From: Octopus vulgaris
Taxonomy: Eukaryota
Length of the DNA: 64,000 bases
NCBI GenBank assembly: GCA_951406725.2
Contig: OX597823.1
Coordinates: forward strand, 7,502,001 to 7,566,000
Reading direction: 5' to 3'
Shown here piece after piece: positions 25,788 to 38,639 of this stretch. The translations under genes were made by a program, and so were the position numbers. Position 1 is the stretch's first letter, and each line of letters begins with the position of its first letter. Below the pieces are notes generated by a model. That model was not told the DNA's origin, did not search any database, and saw nothing but the letters and a program-made list of their open reading frames with translations.

Positions 25788-25999
25788 TATCAATACAGAG
25801 AAAATAATTCATAAGAAAAATAAATTCACAAAAAAATAATTTGCAAAGATATTATTGACTCTCTTATTATCTAGTGTAACAATTTAAAAATGATAATAAC
25901 AGAATCAATAATATAGGCAATTGCAGGCCCCAAAAATGCATTAAATAACTGAAGGATTAAAATTAATCAAAGGACATACTAAGTATGTCCTTTGATTAA

Positions 26000-26050
<51 letters not shown>

Positions 26051-26728
26051 TACCAACCCTAGTACTTGACTGGTACTTTATTTTATTAATGCTTTGCTTG
26101 GATCTAAATCTAAAAAGCTGTAACTAAATAATACAGGCAGAATATTATGATAGACATAGCCATGTGGTAAGAACCTAGCTCCCCAAACATATGGTTTCAG
26201 GTTCAGTCTCACTGTGTGGCACCTTGGGCAAGTGTCTTCTACTATAGTCCTGGGCCATCCCAAGTCTTGTTGGTGGATTTGGTAGACAGAAAAAGAAGCT
26301 TGTCATATATATATATATATATATATAAATATAAATATGTGTGTGTGTGTGTGTGTGTGCGTGTGAGAAAGTCAGGAATCTGAGCTAAGTTATAGAATAA
26401 ACATGTTTTCGTTTCTCTTCTAAAAGTTAGTAAAGAGATTATGAAGATTATGAGATATTTGTAATGATGTTTTCTTAAGAGAATACCCTCCATCAGGCAT
26501 TTGCCATATTCTGAACATTTTGCCAGCCTCACCACGTAATAGCTAATGTTGTCATTATTAACCTGGTGTTTGGAACGTAACTTAAGATAAAGCTTCTTAG
26601 ATAAGATTATGGATGGAAGATTTTAATTTAAATATTTTCCCTTTAAAACAAAAGATTTGGTCTCATAAAAGCAGACAAGTTGGTATCATAAGGTTAAGAC
26701 ACGCCTGCACAAAACTTTCATACTGTAA

Positions 26729-26732
26729 TGTG

Positions 26733-26790
<58 letters not shown>

Positions 26791-27260
26791 TGAGTGTGTG
26801 TGCATGTGTGTGCGTGTCTGTGTGTGTGTGCATGTGTATGTGTTTGTGTGCATGTGTGTGTGTGCATGTGTGCGTGTTTGTGTGCATGTGTGTTTGTGTG
26901 CATGTGTGTGTGTGAGAGAGAGTGAGTGTGTGTGTATGTGTGTGCGTGTGTGTGTGTGTGTGTCTGTGTCTGCATGTGTGCACGCGCGCGTGTGTGTGTG
27001 TGTGCATGTGTGTGTGTGAGAGAGAGTGAGTGTGTGTGCGTGTCTCTGTGTATGTGTGTGTGCGTGTGCGTGTGTGTGTGCGTGTGTGCATGTGTGTGTG
27101 TTTGTGTGCATGTGTGTGTGTGAGAGAGAGTGAGTGTGTGTATGTGTGTGCATGTGTGTGCGTGTCTGTGTGTGTGTGCGTGTGCGTGTGTGCATGTGTG
27201 TGTGTTTGTGTGCATGTGTGTGTGAGAGAGAGAGAGTGTGTGTGTATGTATGTGCATGTG

Positions 27261-27295
<35 letters not shown>
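26729..27295. repeat. Compound (GT)n/(GA)n/GCAT repeat
   Basis: Direct inspection. Confidence 0.9.
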
Positions 27296-27310
27296 TGATA
27301 TGTGTGTAAA

Positions 27311-27529
27311 GTGAGGATGCTGAAAAGTTCCTGGGTTTAGGGGTATTACAAAATGCCTGGTTGGGAGCCCAACCTTCTGAGATATTTTACAGGGCTTAGA
27401 AAAACTGAAGGACTGCTGCAATAAATGTTTGAATCCGAGAGGGGGAATACATTGAATGAAATAATAATTATCAGATCTTCTTGTATTTTCTTTTACCCAA
27501 AACCGGGAACTTTTCAGCACTCCCTCGTA
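27311..27529. mobile_element. Mariner-type MITE
   Basis: TIRs GAGGATGCTGAAAAGTTCCTGGGTTT / AAACCGGGAACTTTTCAGCACTCCCTCG-TA. Confidence 0.7.
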
Positions 27530-28385
27530 TGTACATAGGATCAATTCATAGTTATTACTACTGCAGACAAAAGGCTCTTACTGTTTAAGGGAGTCAGTAT
27601 TTGCAATGTTAAGTAAGTATGAGCTAGGTTGTTGATGCTTTTTTAACTCTAGCTTACCTCTAATCAAACAGACCGTCTCATTTTATTCTTATGTGCAAAG
27701 AACAATATCCAGTGTATCTTTCTAAAATGGTAGGATGTGATTTGAGAGAATTTAGCTGCTATTTTTAATAGGTTGCATGATCTAGAGCTTACATTGGTTT
27801 TTTTTTTAAATTTTAAGTTGGATCAGCCTAGTTAGAGTTATTGACATATATACATTTCTTATTTTACCCAACATTTAAATTGATAATCTCATCATTATAT
27901 AAATACAGTTTTCATTAAGATTAATACATATCTAGATTGTTCAAGGTGGCAAGCTGGCAGAAACGTTAGCACACCGGGTGAAATGCTAAGCTGCATTTCG
28001 TCTGTCTTTTTATGTTCTGAGTCCAAATTCTGCCAAGGTTGACTTTGCATTTCATCCTTTCAGGGTTAATAAATTAAGTACCAGTTGCATACTGGGGTTG
28101 ATCTATTTGACTGGCCCCTCCCCCAAAATTTCAGCCCTTGAACCTTGAGTAGAAAAGTAAAGTATATTTAGATTATTCAGTTTGCTGTCTCAGTTTCACC
28201 TTTTGTTCTCCCATTTGTTACCATGTATTTTTATGAAGGGCCATCTCTTCTTTCTGTCTCGCTATCCCTTTATCAAGTCCCTCTCTTTTGTTAAAAATTG
28301 TAAAAATGTTGGTACAAAGATAAAGTTCAAGGATTAATACTTACTTGTACTAAGTCTAATACTTATAATTCTGTTCTATAACATA

Positions 28386-29303
28386 TGAGGTGGTATCAAA
28401 AAGTTCCTGGGCTAGGTCTGTAATGCACCAACAGATGGCAGCACATGGTTGCATGTGCAGTGAGAGCTAACAGTGACCTTCATGAGGAAGTGTGTCAAAT
28501 AATATCTCTGTGTTTACTTTGCAAGGTGTGAAATTTATGTTTTTGTTCTCGTGTGTATACTGTAGTCTGTGATTTTGTCATGGACAGGAACAAAATGCTG
28601 TCATAAAATTTGGCATCAAACCTGGGAAGTCTGCTATAGAGACATTGAGCATGCTTCCACAAGCTTATAGTAATGAGGCAATGGGTTATATACAATGTTT
28701 CGGGTGGAATAGGCACTTGAAAAGTAGAAGAACATCTCTGGAAGGCAATGAACAATCTAGAAGACCTGCCACAAGCGTCACCCCAGGAAATGTGGTATTT
28801 TGCATCAAGAATTCATCCCCCAGGGCCAGACCATTAATTGAGAGTTCTACAGCAACGTTTTGAAGTGTTTAAGGGAGAACATTCAGCAAGAGTGACTGGA
28901 TCTGTGGAGCGAAAGGAATTGGATTCTTCACAACAACAATGCACCCTGTCAATGAGCTTTTCTCACTCATAAGTTTCTCACCAAAAAACGTGGTTTCACT
29001 TCCGCACCTACCCTATTCGCCAGAACTAGCACCTGCAGATTTCCATCTCTTCCCCAAGATGAAACTTCAGCTCAAAGGTCACTGTTTTAATACCATTGTG
29101 AAGATCAAAACTGAATCACTGAAACTCCTCAACTCATTTAAAGAAAATGACTTCAATGCTGGATTCCAAAAGTGGCAGAAACACTGGGACCGGTGTATTG
29201 CTGTGCAAGGTGACTATTTTGAAGGAGATGATGTTAAATCTTAGATAAATAAGCTATTTTGTATTAAGCATAATTAATCTAGGAACTTTTTGATACTACC
29301 CTG
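28386..29303 (+). mobile_element. Internally deleted mariner transposon with both TIRs
   Basis: TA|TGAGGTGGTATCAAAAAGTTCCT ... AGGAACTTTTTGATACTACCCTG|TA; HTH region (GKSAIETLSML..SRRPATS) and LPHLPYSPELAPADFHLFPKMK..WDRCIAVQGDYFEGD; the first catalytic Asp region is missing. Confidence 0.9.
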
Positions 29304-29313
29304 TACTATAGAA

Positions 29314-30051
29314 CAGGGGGCCCCCTACCATCAGGACATGGACCACTGCCAGGTTATGGATCATTTGATACCAGGTCATACAAGAAGAAATTTTAGAATT
29401 TTATTTCTATTGTATTGACTATTGCAGTCTTCAGGGTATTTTTGCATTGTGTATGCATAATTGTATGTTTAATATATATATGCATTTTATATTTATTATT
29501 ATGTTATGTAATATATATGCATGATATATATACTCTTTATTCTTTTACTCTTTTACTTGTTTTGGTCATTTGACTGTGGCCATGCTGGAGCACCTCCTTT
29601 AGTCGAGCAAATCGACCCCAGGACTTATTCTTTGTAAGCCTAGTACTTATTCTATCTGTCTCTTTTGCCAAACTGCTAAGTTATGGGGACGTAAACACAC
29701 AAGTATCGGTTGTCAAGCGATGTTGGTGGGACAAACACAGACACAAACACATACACACACACATACATACATATATACGATGGGCTTCTTTCAGTTTTCG
29801 TCTACCAAATCCACTCATAAAGCTTTGGTCAGCCCGAGGCTATGGTAGAAGACACTTGCCCAAGGTGTCACGCAGTGGGACTGAACCTGGAACCATGTGG
29901 TTCATAAGCAAGCTACTTACCACACAGCCACTCCTATTAATTTATATATAATGCACTTTATTGTGTTTTGTTGTGCGTGATACTCTGGTCTGTGGAAAAC
30001 TTTTCTTGTATGAAACTGGCCCATGGTGCAAAATATGGTTGGAGATCACAG
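29314..30051. mobile_element. hAT-Charlie (MER1-like) MITE containing a SINE
   Basis: CAGGGGGCCCC start; end TGGTCTGTGGAAAACTTTTCTTGTATGAAACTGGCCCATGGTGCAAAATATGGTTGGAGATCACAG; degenerate 8-bp TSD CTATAGAA/CTGTGGAA. Confidence 0.65.
29533..29935 (-). mobile_element. SINE family A
   Basis: Full copy. Confidence 0.85.
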
Positions 30052-31661
30052 CTGTGGAACACAGCAATAGAGTTTTAGCCAATGCTGTATGCTATGATGA
30101 ATATCAATATTACATCTATGTACACAACAGACATAATGTTACATCCATTGTAACATAAGTGTTGGCTAAAATGTTATAGATATGTTGTGTGGTATAATAC
30201 AGTATTGAAATAAAATATTATATAACATGCCAGTAATTATAATTCTTTGTTGAAGTCTTATGAAATGCTTTCTCGGATTCAGCTCAAAGATCCTCCCCAT
30301 GTTTTATGCGAGTAAAAATGAGAAATGTGATATTTTTGTCTTTTGCAAGGACATTTACAGCAAGGGTAAAATATATTGGCTTCAATTGGCACTTACCAGG
30401 AGCTTAACACTGTTTTACAATGCTTACTATTAATCCATTTGAAATTCTGTAAGCTCCTAACGCCTTCTTAATCATCATCAACAGCGGCAGCTATAGGTGG
30501 CACAATCCAAGTAGTTACATATTCTCTGTAAGTTTCTTTGAAAATGAAACGAAATTGTCATGCCTCAGTTTGCTTCAGCCAAAAGGAATATGAATCGTTG
30601 AATGCAAAAGAACTCTTACAATGGGAACTGGTCTGCTGTTTCATAATTAATTTCAATAAATCCTTGATAAGAAAGTTGGCGAATTAATTGTTAATTGTGT
30701 TGAAGTAAGATCAACAAAATATTTCATTTTTAAAATTGTGAAGGTTGATTTTAATTCTACTCCATATTATCTCTAAATGAACCATTAATACTCTTTAAAA
30801 AAAGTCATACATATCCCCCAAAAAATTTAAAATTAAGCAACCTCTCTTCCAGGCTACTTGTTTCAATTAATAGATTATATTTGTAACCTAAACCCACCCA
30901 GGAAATGCTGTTGCTATGATTTCCTCTCTACCAGACAGATTAGGCAGTCCTTTTTAGGTTCCTGTATAACAGTGAATTAAAGCACTAATATAAAATTTGA
31001 AAAGAACTTGTCAACTGAAAACAGTTTAAATATCATTGAAATCCAACAACATTTCTCAGATAAAAATATGGTTTTAATTAAATTTTCAAACTTAGCACTT
31101 TTCTAAACATTAGACCTATTTCAGATGGTTATCTATGTAATTAATATCCATTCCTCTAAAGTTAATGTTGATAGCATCTGTCTTACACTATCAGATAAGA
31201 TATAATTACCTGATCATGACTAGTTGGTCATTAGTTAAAGTCGATTATGTTTATCTATTATGAAACTAAATGCATTTTATAATTAATTGATATAATAGTT
31301 GCAATAAAATAAAATGAATGAAAATTAATTTGTACATACCTATAAATTGTGTTATAAGTAGATTCTGAAATATTCATAGGTGTTTTGTTTATTTTAATTC
31401 AGAAAATTTTTAAAAAGCCCATTTTAGAAATAAATAGCCTTCAGCAGATAAAATGCTATACCTTTCTAGTTTATGATATTTCTGAAACGCAGTTTAATTA
31501 CTGCCACATTTATAACCACTACTTCTGTCTTTTTCGCAACTCTAATAAGCAATTTATCTGCAATGTGGATTAAATTTAGAATTTCCTCTTGAGCTACAGA
31601 AACCCTAACCCTACAGTAATTCATGAAGGAAATTAACCTACTAAGCTACCGTGCACACCTT

Positions 31662-31692
<31 letters not shown>

Positions 31693-32379
31693 TTGAAATA
31701 TTATTCTGCATTAGTAAGGTTAGCTATAAAATTGTAACGGTGAAACAGTTTATAAATATCATTTTAGAATTAAATCCTATTTGAATTATGAGAATGCTGG
31801 AAAGATAAAACGATTTAAAACACAGGCATTATGAAGCACTAAATGATACAGATAAGAACTGTAGTTGAGAATATTCTGATCTGGTGATTGGTTACTTTGG
31901 TAACATTAGACCTGCTTGAGAATTGAGGCCATTGATGGCTGCTCTACAGCAGAAGCGAAGAAACCTGAAGCTACAGAATAAATTAAAGTCTAACAAATAA
32001 CATCAACATACACAAGTAACAATTCATTATTGCTCTGTTAGAACCTGCACTTATGAAGCCTCTGTAGAAGGGATGCACTATGGCAGAGTATAGTCAAAGA
32101 ATAGAGTCTGAAACTGGCTGTCATGGTCTCTATTAATTAATTTTGCTCAGGGGATGGAAATGTTTATAGATATACTGATTGGGTACCATAACTGAGTTTC
32201 ATTATGCATGGTTTTAGGCTTTGGATTGAAATTATTAGGTACAGCTGCTTTGGTACTTGCTATTTGGGGGTGACCCTTTGGGTGCTAAACCTACTTTGAT
32301 GATGGTTTTTCTGAAAGTGGACAATTTGGCGCTAAAGGTAGACATGCATACACAGAAACAAACACATTCTGATAGAGAG

Positions 32380-32430
<51 letters not shown>

Positions 32431-32534
32431 TTAAAACGGACTGAAAATAAAATTATTATAATATGAATTTATCTTCCTTCATATGACATATAGATAAAGA
32501 CTTTTAATAACATTATACTAATGCTATAAGATGT

Positions 32535-32965
32535 TTAGCTGACAGACTCATTAGTGTACCGGGCAAAATGCTTAGCAGTATTTCATCTGTCTTTACATTC
32601 AGAGTTCAAATTCTGCCAAGGTTGACACTGCCTTTCATCCTTTCAGGATTGATAAAGTAAGTACCAGTTGAGCACTTGGGTCAATGTTTATCAACTCCGC
32701 TCCATCCCCCCAAAAACGCTGGTCTTCTACCAAAATTTTAAACTAATATTATACATATCCTATTAAACAGCCGGCTGGCAGAACTATTAGCATGCTGGAC
32801 AAAATGCTTAGAATCATTTCTTACTGCTTTATGTTCTGAGTTCAAATTCCACCAAGGCCATCTTTACCTTTCATCCTTTTGCAGTTGATAGAATAAGTAC
32901 AGTTGAGCACTGGGAATGATGTAAATGACTTCCTCACCTCTCAGAATTGTTAGCCTTCTACCAAA
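32535..32965 (+). mobile_element. Two decayed family-B SINEs
   Basis: Two TTCAAATT..CCTTTCATCC..GATA..AAGTAC blocks, CpG-depleted. Confidence 0.7.
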
Positions 32966-33769
32966 ATAGGAATAGATTTTACTAATACTGTAGTGTTACC
33001 CACCTTATATGATGAGTAATTTTTGAGGTATACTTTTGCCACTATGGCTAATATTAAAAAATATGGCATACATACAGCAAAAAAAATTTTACTTATATCA
33101 AATCTTTTGGTGCTTATACAAAATGTTTAAATGGAAACTAATTTTTAAAAGAAATATTTTTTACCTTAAAATTAAATAAAACAAATCACAATCTACTCCA
33201 TCAAAAATCTATTTCTGCAAAATTTCACATTTTTATGTGTATTCTTCAGTAAGTTATCATTGCCTGCCACCGAGCCTAGTATGTGCCCTCATCTTGCTCC
33301 TGTTATGTTAAGTCTCTTTGCATCTCTCTTTTACTCTTTCTTCTCATCTCCCTGTATGATGTAAAGCATGACTTGAGAACTCAACAAACCAACCAAACAA
33401 CCAGCATTTATATCAATCATTTTATATAGATAAAACAAAAGACTAACTGTTCTTCATTTAGTAACAATCAGCAAGGTTTCTTAAGTGTTCAACAACATCC
33501 ACATTTTTAAACCTAAGAGCAGTTTCATGTATTATTTCTTGCATCATTTTTGTACACATTTAAAAAATTTTTCTGCAGTGGTAAATACCCACCTGGATAA
33601 AAACCAGTTAGTTATGTGGAATAAAAACAATTTCCTCAGCATCAAAATGTCAATACCATTGGTTTTTGCATTGAATCAGTAGCACCAAATCATTTGTGCC
33701 AAAATGCATCCTAACTCTTCATAGTTTGTCTTAATAACAATTTCTTAAAAAAAAAAATAATAAATGCGC

Positions 33770-34012
33770 CCTTTTAAAGCCTAGCCAGGCTCATGGGCCC
33801 AGTTTCCCAGTTTCTATGGCGTATGTGTTCCCCAGCTGGATGGGACGCCAGTCCATCGCAGCGTTACTCATTTTTGCCAGCTGAGTGGTCTGGAGCAACG
33901 TGAAATGAAGTGTTTTGCTCAAGAACACAACGCATTACCCGGTCCAGGAATCGAAACTACAATCTTACGATCATGATGCTGACACGCTAACCACTAAGCC
34001 ACGCACCTCCAC
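33770..34012 (-). mobile_element. tRNA-derived SINE with V-domain-like core
   Basis: Head GTGGAGGTGCGTGGCTTAGTGGTTAG..TTCGATTCC; core CTGCGATGGACTGGCGTCCCATCCAG. Confidence 0.75.
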
Positions 34013-34349
34013 TAATAACAATTTACAGACTATTTACTATAAAATTGCATTTCAATTTCTCATTACACTTCATTCAGTGCATTTAATATGTATATTCCCA
34101 TTTTTGTTTTCAGATGAGATTTATTTTAATATCCAAATATAAAAATGGAAAAAAGAGGAACAAAGAAAGGAAAAAAAAGGAAGAAAAAAACCCCAAAAAA
34201 GTAAAAGGGAATAATAATAATGAAATTATTGTATACAGTGCTCAGGTGCACCACAACTTGTCAGAGTATATGCAGTAATGTACAAATGTCTGGAAAGCGA
34301 ACAATGTATGAGTCAGATACATGCTTGTGTGTGTATGGAAAGGAGAAAA

Positions 34350-37110
34350 TCAGGTGTAGTGTTGGCGAATCTCAGAAAGCATGGAAGTTTTGAAGGATGC
34401 AGTGCTCCGACAACTAACAACTGATGCCGGCAGTTTGTTCTATGCTTCAGCAACTCTCAGCGTGAAAAAATGTTTCCTGAAGTCATGGGAGCTGTGCTGT
34501 CTTCTGACTTTGTAAATATGTCCATGGGTGTTAGATGTGTGGAGTTTGAAAAGGTGCTCAGAATTATTGTTTGATAATTTTATGGGTGTCTGCCAAGTCA
34601 GCTGTCAGACATCGGAGTTTCAATGTGTCCATGCCCAGGGAAGTAAGGAGTTCAGGATATGGCAAATGCCTGATGGAGGGTATTCTTTTGGTTGCACGTC
34701 GCTGAACGGCTTCCAGACGATTGATATCCTGGGCAAGATAGGGGTTCCAGACCGGTGATGCAAATTCCCAGTGAGGTCTTACCATAGCTATATAAAGCCG
34801 CAGATAGATAGTCGGAGAGCGGCTCACAAAGGATTTGGTGAGTGATGCCAATACACCCTCAGCCTTCTTGACAATTTTAGCGATGTGTTTTGTCCAACGC
34901 AAATCACTGTCGACAATAACACCCAGGTCACATTCACACGAAGACCTTTTGAGACTAGTGTTGTGGAGGGAGTAGGTGGACGCTGGGTTTCTCCTCCCAA
35001 AATGCATGATGGTACATTTGTCCACAGCCAGCTTGAGTTGCCAGTCCATGATCCACTGCTGCATTGTGTCCAGGTCTGCTTGCAATAGAGATCTATAGTG
35101 TACAGGATCTGACCTCTTTATTTCGAGGTACAGCTTGAAGTCATCTGCATATTTCAGCACTGTGGCATTATTTAAGTTGGCATCTATGTCATTAACATAT
35201 GCAACAAATAAAAGAGGGCCAAGAACAGATCCCTGTGGTACACCAGATGTCATCTCATAGGGTGAAGAGTGCTGTCCTAGAACTGTGACAACCTCTTTTT
35301 GGCCGAAAATAAAGGACTTCAACCAGGTATAGAGTTCGTCTCTTATGCCCAATGCAGAGAGCTTCACCATAAGTCTTTTGTGTGGCACAGAGTTAAAAGC
35401 CTTAGCAAAGTCCAGGTAAACAATATCCACCCAGGATCTGCAATCAGTGATTTGGGTAACGTCCTCAAGAAACTCGATGAGTTGATTACAGCAGCTGGAG
35501 TTAGGAATAAATCCGAATTGTGACAGCTGGATGAGGCTGTGAGACTTCCAGAAGTTCCAAAGGGTTTCTCTGATACAGGATTCCATCAGTTTGGCAATGC
35601 AGCTAGTAAGACTAACGGGGCGATAGTTGACAGGCGATGTGCGGTCACCTTTTTTGAACAGAGGGATAACACTGGCAGTTTTCTACTGTTCTGGAGTAAC
35701 ACCATTGTCAAGACAGAATTGGAAGAATAGAGAAAGTTGGCTTAGAAGAAAGTACCCACCGCGTTTGAGAAGTAGGTATGTAACACCATCGAGACCAGGA
35801 GAGGCATAATTGCGTTTATTCTTAAGGTGGCGTTGTAGCATTGCTGGTGTAAATTGCATAGTAGATATAGAGTCCGGTGTCAGTGGTGATGAAGATGGAA
35901 CATTTTGGTCCTTGACAGTAAAGATGCCGGCATAGCATCCAGCAATGATTTCTGCACACTCTTCGGGATTGCCAGTAATCTGTCCTGTGTGGGGATTGCG
36001 AAGGGGACCAACTGGAGAGTGGGGTCTCTGCATTGAGTGCACATACTTCCAGAACACTTTGCTGTCAGGGTTAGCTGCAATGCGTTGTTCAAATTCAAGT
36101 ACTGCCTTTTTTGTCACCTGCTTGAGGTGGTTGGCTGACCTATTGCGCTTTTTCCTGTTGCTCTCTGATTTGTGCAATTTGTATTCCTGTTCAGCATTAT
36201 GGCGTTCTTTCCTGGCAAGTCGGACTGCTGCAGTCTCCCAAATTGCACTATTGGGTGGTTTTTTGTGCTTGCGTGGTACTGATGCTGCACATGCCGCCCA
36301 TATTGAATTCAGAATGTTCTGGAGTATAGTGTCCACATCTCCAGAGGCATAAAATTTGAGCCAGTTTGGGCGTTGCAGCTTAGTACAATATGAGCTCCAG
36401 TCTGCTTTATTCCAGTCAAAGTGGGTAGTCTGAAGATGGTTGTGTTTTTTGTTACAACCAATCAGAGACAAGTTGGCCATGATCATGGAATGATCAGAGT
36501 CACCTAAAGGTTCTTCAGTAGTAACACTAATGATTGTTTCAGGAGAAGCGGTAAGTAGCAGATCCAAAGTGTTGTTACCCCTTGTGGAGGGGGGGGGGGG
36601 TAACGACTTGGGACCAATTTGAATTCAGCACCAGTTCAAGGAAATCGTCTGCACTTTGCGGCCAATGGAAGGCCTCCCAGTCAATCTCAGGGAAATTGAA
36701 GTCGCCCGCAATATAAACATACGTGGCTGTTTTCATGGCAGCAGCTCTGAGGATATCAAAAAGCTGTGTGTCTTGACGATAATTTGGGGGGGGGGGGGGC
36801 GGTAAACGATTCTGAGCAGAAGTGTTGACATGGTCATGTGTATATTGCAGAAAAATACTTCCTGCTGAGATTGGTTCAAATCATCACAGGGGATTGCCGA
36901 TAGATTTGATCGAACATAAATCATCACACCCCCTCCACGGCGATTAATGCAGTCTTTGCGGAACAGGTTGTAGCTGGCTATGCTGAAAACTCCATCACAG
37001 AGTGCAGAGTGTGCCCATGTTTCCGTGACTGTGATGAAATCTGGGTTGATACTTTTGACATAGGAGTCAAAAGGATGCACCTTGTTGCATAAACTACGGG
37101 CATTCAAGGA
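34350..37110 (-). pseudogene. LINE ORF2 (APE endonuclease + reverse transcriptase), disrupted
   Basis: NARSL..VTETW..GGGV..VYRPP, GDFNF, LGDSDH, YLDFAKAF, GVPQGSVLGP, YADD; disruptions near poly-G runs (~36590, ~36790), in-frame TAG at 35683-35685, deletion near 34570. Confidence 0.95.
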
Positions 37111-37169
37111 CAGCAGTTTATATCTGGATTTCAGATGATGATATACAGGGGATGGCTGATTGTTCTTGG

Positions 37170-37640
37170 TTAGTTTCCCAAGATTTTTGTATTGCCAGTT
37201 GTTGTGGGTGTAGTCTGCTCAGTCCAACTGGCATCCCTTATCCACGACTCACCAGACTTGACAAATTTCCAGATTTGCTCATCATCGTGGAGGCTAAAAC
37301 TCTCCTGTGGCACGGAGTTGCAATTTAGGGAAGCTACAGATCTTAGCTTTGGGCGTACATCAGGTGGTAGGCCAGGATGTGTTCTAAAGTTGATTATGTT
37401 GTCACGCCGAGCTCTATCAGCAGCCAGATGGAATGACTGCGCCTCAGTAAAGCCTGTAAACAACAGCCTGATCAACCTGGGTTTGGATCCCGGTTGGCCA
37501 AGGCGGGAAGCACTTTTTGGAGGGATACAGCTGAGATCCCTAGCTGTGTTTCCAATGAATGCCTGCAGATCTACCACATCTTCTGGCACTCCGATGGCTA
37601 TTAATTCATGAGTGGCTGGTTCAGCAACTCCCTCGATATT
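37170..37640 (-). pseudogene. LINE ORF1 C-terminal part (RRM-like)
   Basis: LIAIGVPE...SRLGQPGSKPRLIRLLF resembles the I.G.PE..R.G..PR.I.V.F pattern of CR1/L2 ORF1p. Confidence 0.7.
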
Positions 37641-38220
37641 TGTTGAAGACCTGTTGAGGCAAGTGAAATCGAAATCAAATTTGATGACTGGCATCTGTGC
37701 TAGTGGGGTGCAAAGAGCACCATACGAGTGTGATCGTTGACAGAGTAGCTAACTGGCTTCCGTGCCAGTGGCATAAAAAAGGCACCATTCGAGTCTGATT
37801 GTTACCAGCGTCGCCTTACTGGCACTTGTGCCCCGTGCTAGTAGGGTGCTAAGAACACCAGCCAAGCATGATCGTTGCCAGAACAGCTAACTGGCTTCCG
37901 TGCTGGTGGCACGTAAAAGGCACCATTCGAGCGTGATCGTTACCAACGTTGCCTTACTGGCACCTGTGCCGGTGGCACATGTAAAAACATTCAAGCGAGG
38001 TTGTTGTCAGTACTGCCTGACTGGCCCTCATGCCGGTGGCACATAAAAGCCCCCACTACACTCTTGGAGTGGTTGGTGTTAGGAAGGGCATCCAGCTGTA
38101 GAAACTCTGCCAGATTCAAGATTGGAGCCTGGTGCAGCCATCTGGTTTGCCAGCACTCAGTCAAATCGTCCAACCCATGCTAGAATGGAAAGCGGATGTT
38201 AAACGATGATGGTGATGATG
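37640..38220 (+). mobile_element. RTE 3' UTR with ~6 diverged ~60-nt units
   Basis: TGAAGACCTGTTGAGGCAAGTG start, repeated GTGCC/GGTGGCAC..AAAAG.CACC units, (GAT)n tail. Confidence 0.8.
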
Positions 38221-38639
38221 TTCCAATACTTTTAGTTCTCCAAATGTCAAATCCATTTACAAAGCTAATTTATAAACAATGAAGAAGATAGATGATGTGG
38301 CTATTTTATATAATCACAGCTTATCAGGAGGGATGTGCCAAATTAGATATAAAATCCTGAAATGTATTTAGGTTTTATACACAATCAACCATTAGTCAGA
38401 ATCACATTAATATATTTACTGTTATAAGGTGGTGAGCTGGCTGAAACGTTAGCACACTGGGCAAAATACTAAGCCGTATTTTGTCTCTGTCTTTACGTTC
38501 TAAGTTCAAATTTTGGTGTGGTCGACTTTGCCTTTCATCCTTTTGGGGTCGATAAATATCAAAGGAAGGCTAACTGGGAGGATAGCTTTTGTATGTGGCA
38601 GTTGCTCGGGAGCTATAAATAACACTGCAAATGATGATA

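Larger units (their letters stand above)
34210..37640 (-). mobile_element. Near full-length CR1-type LINE (5' end lost at an RTE UTR junction)
   Basis: ORF1-like, APE and RT regions in order, ending GTGCACCTGAGCACTGTATACAATAATTTC(ATT)n. Confidence 0.95.
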
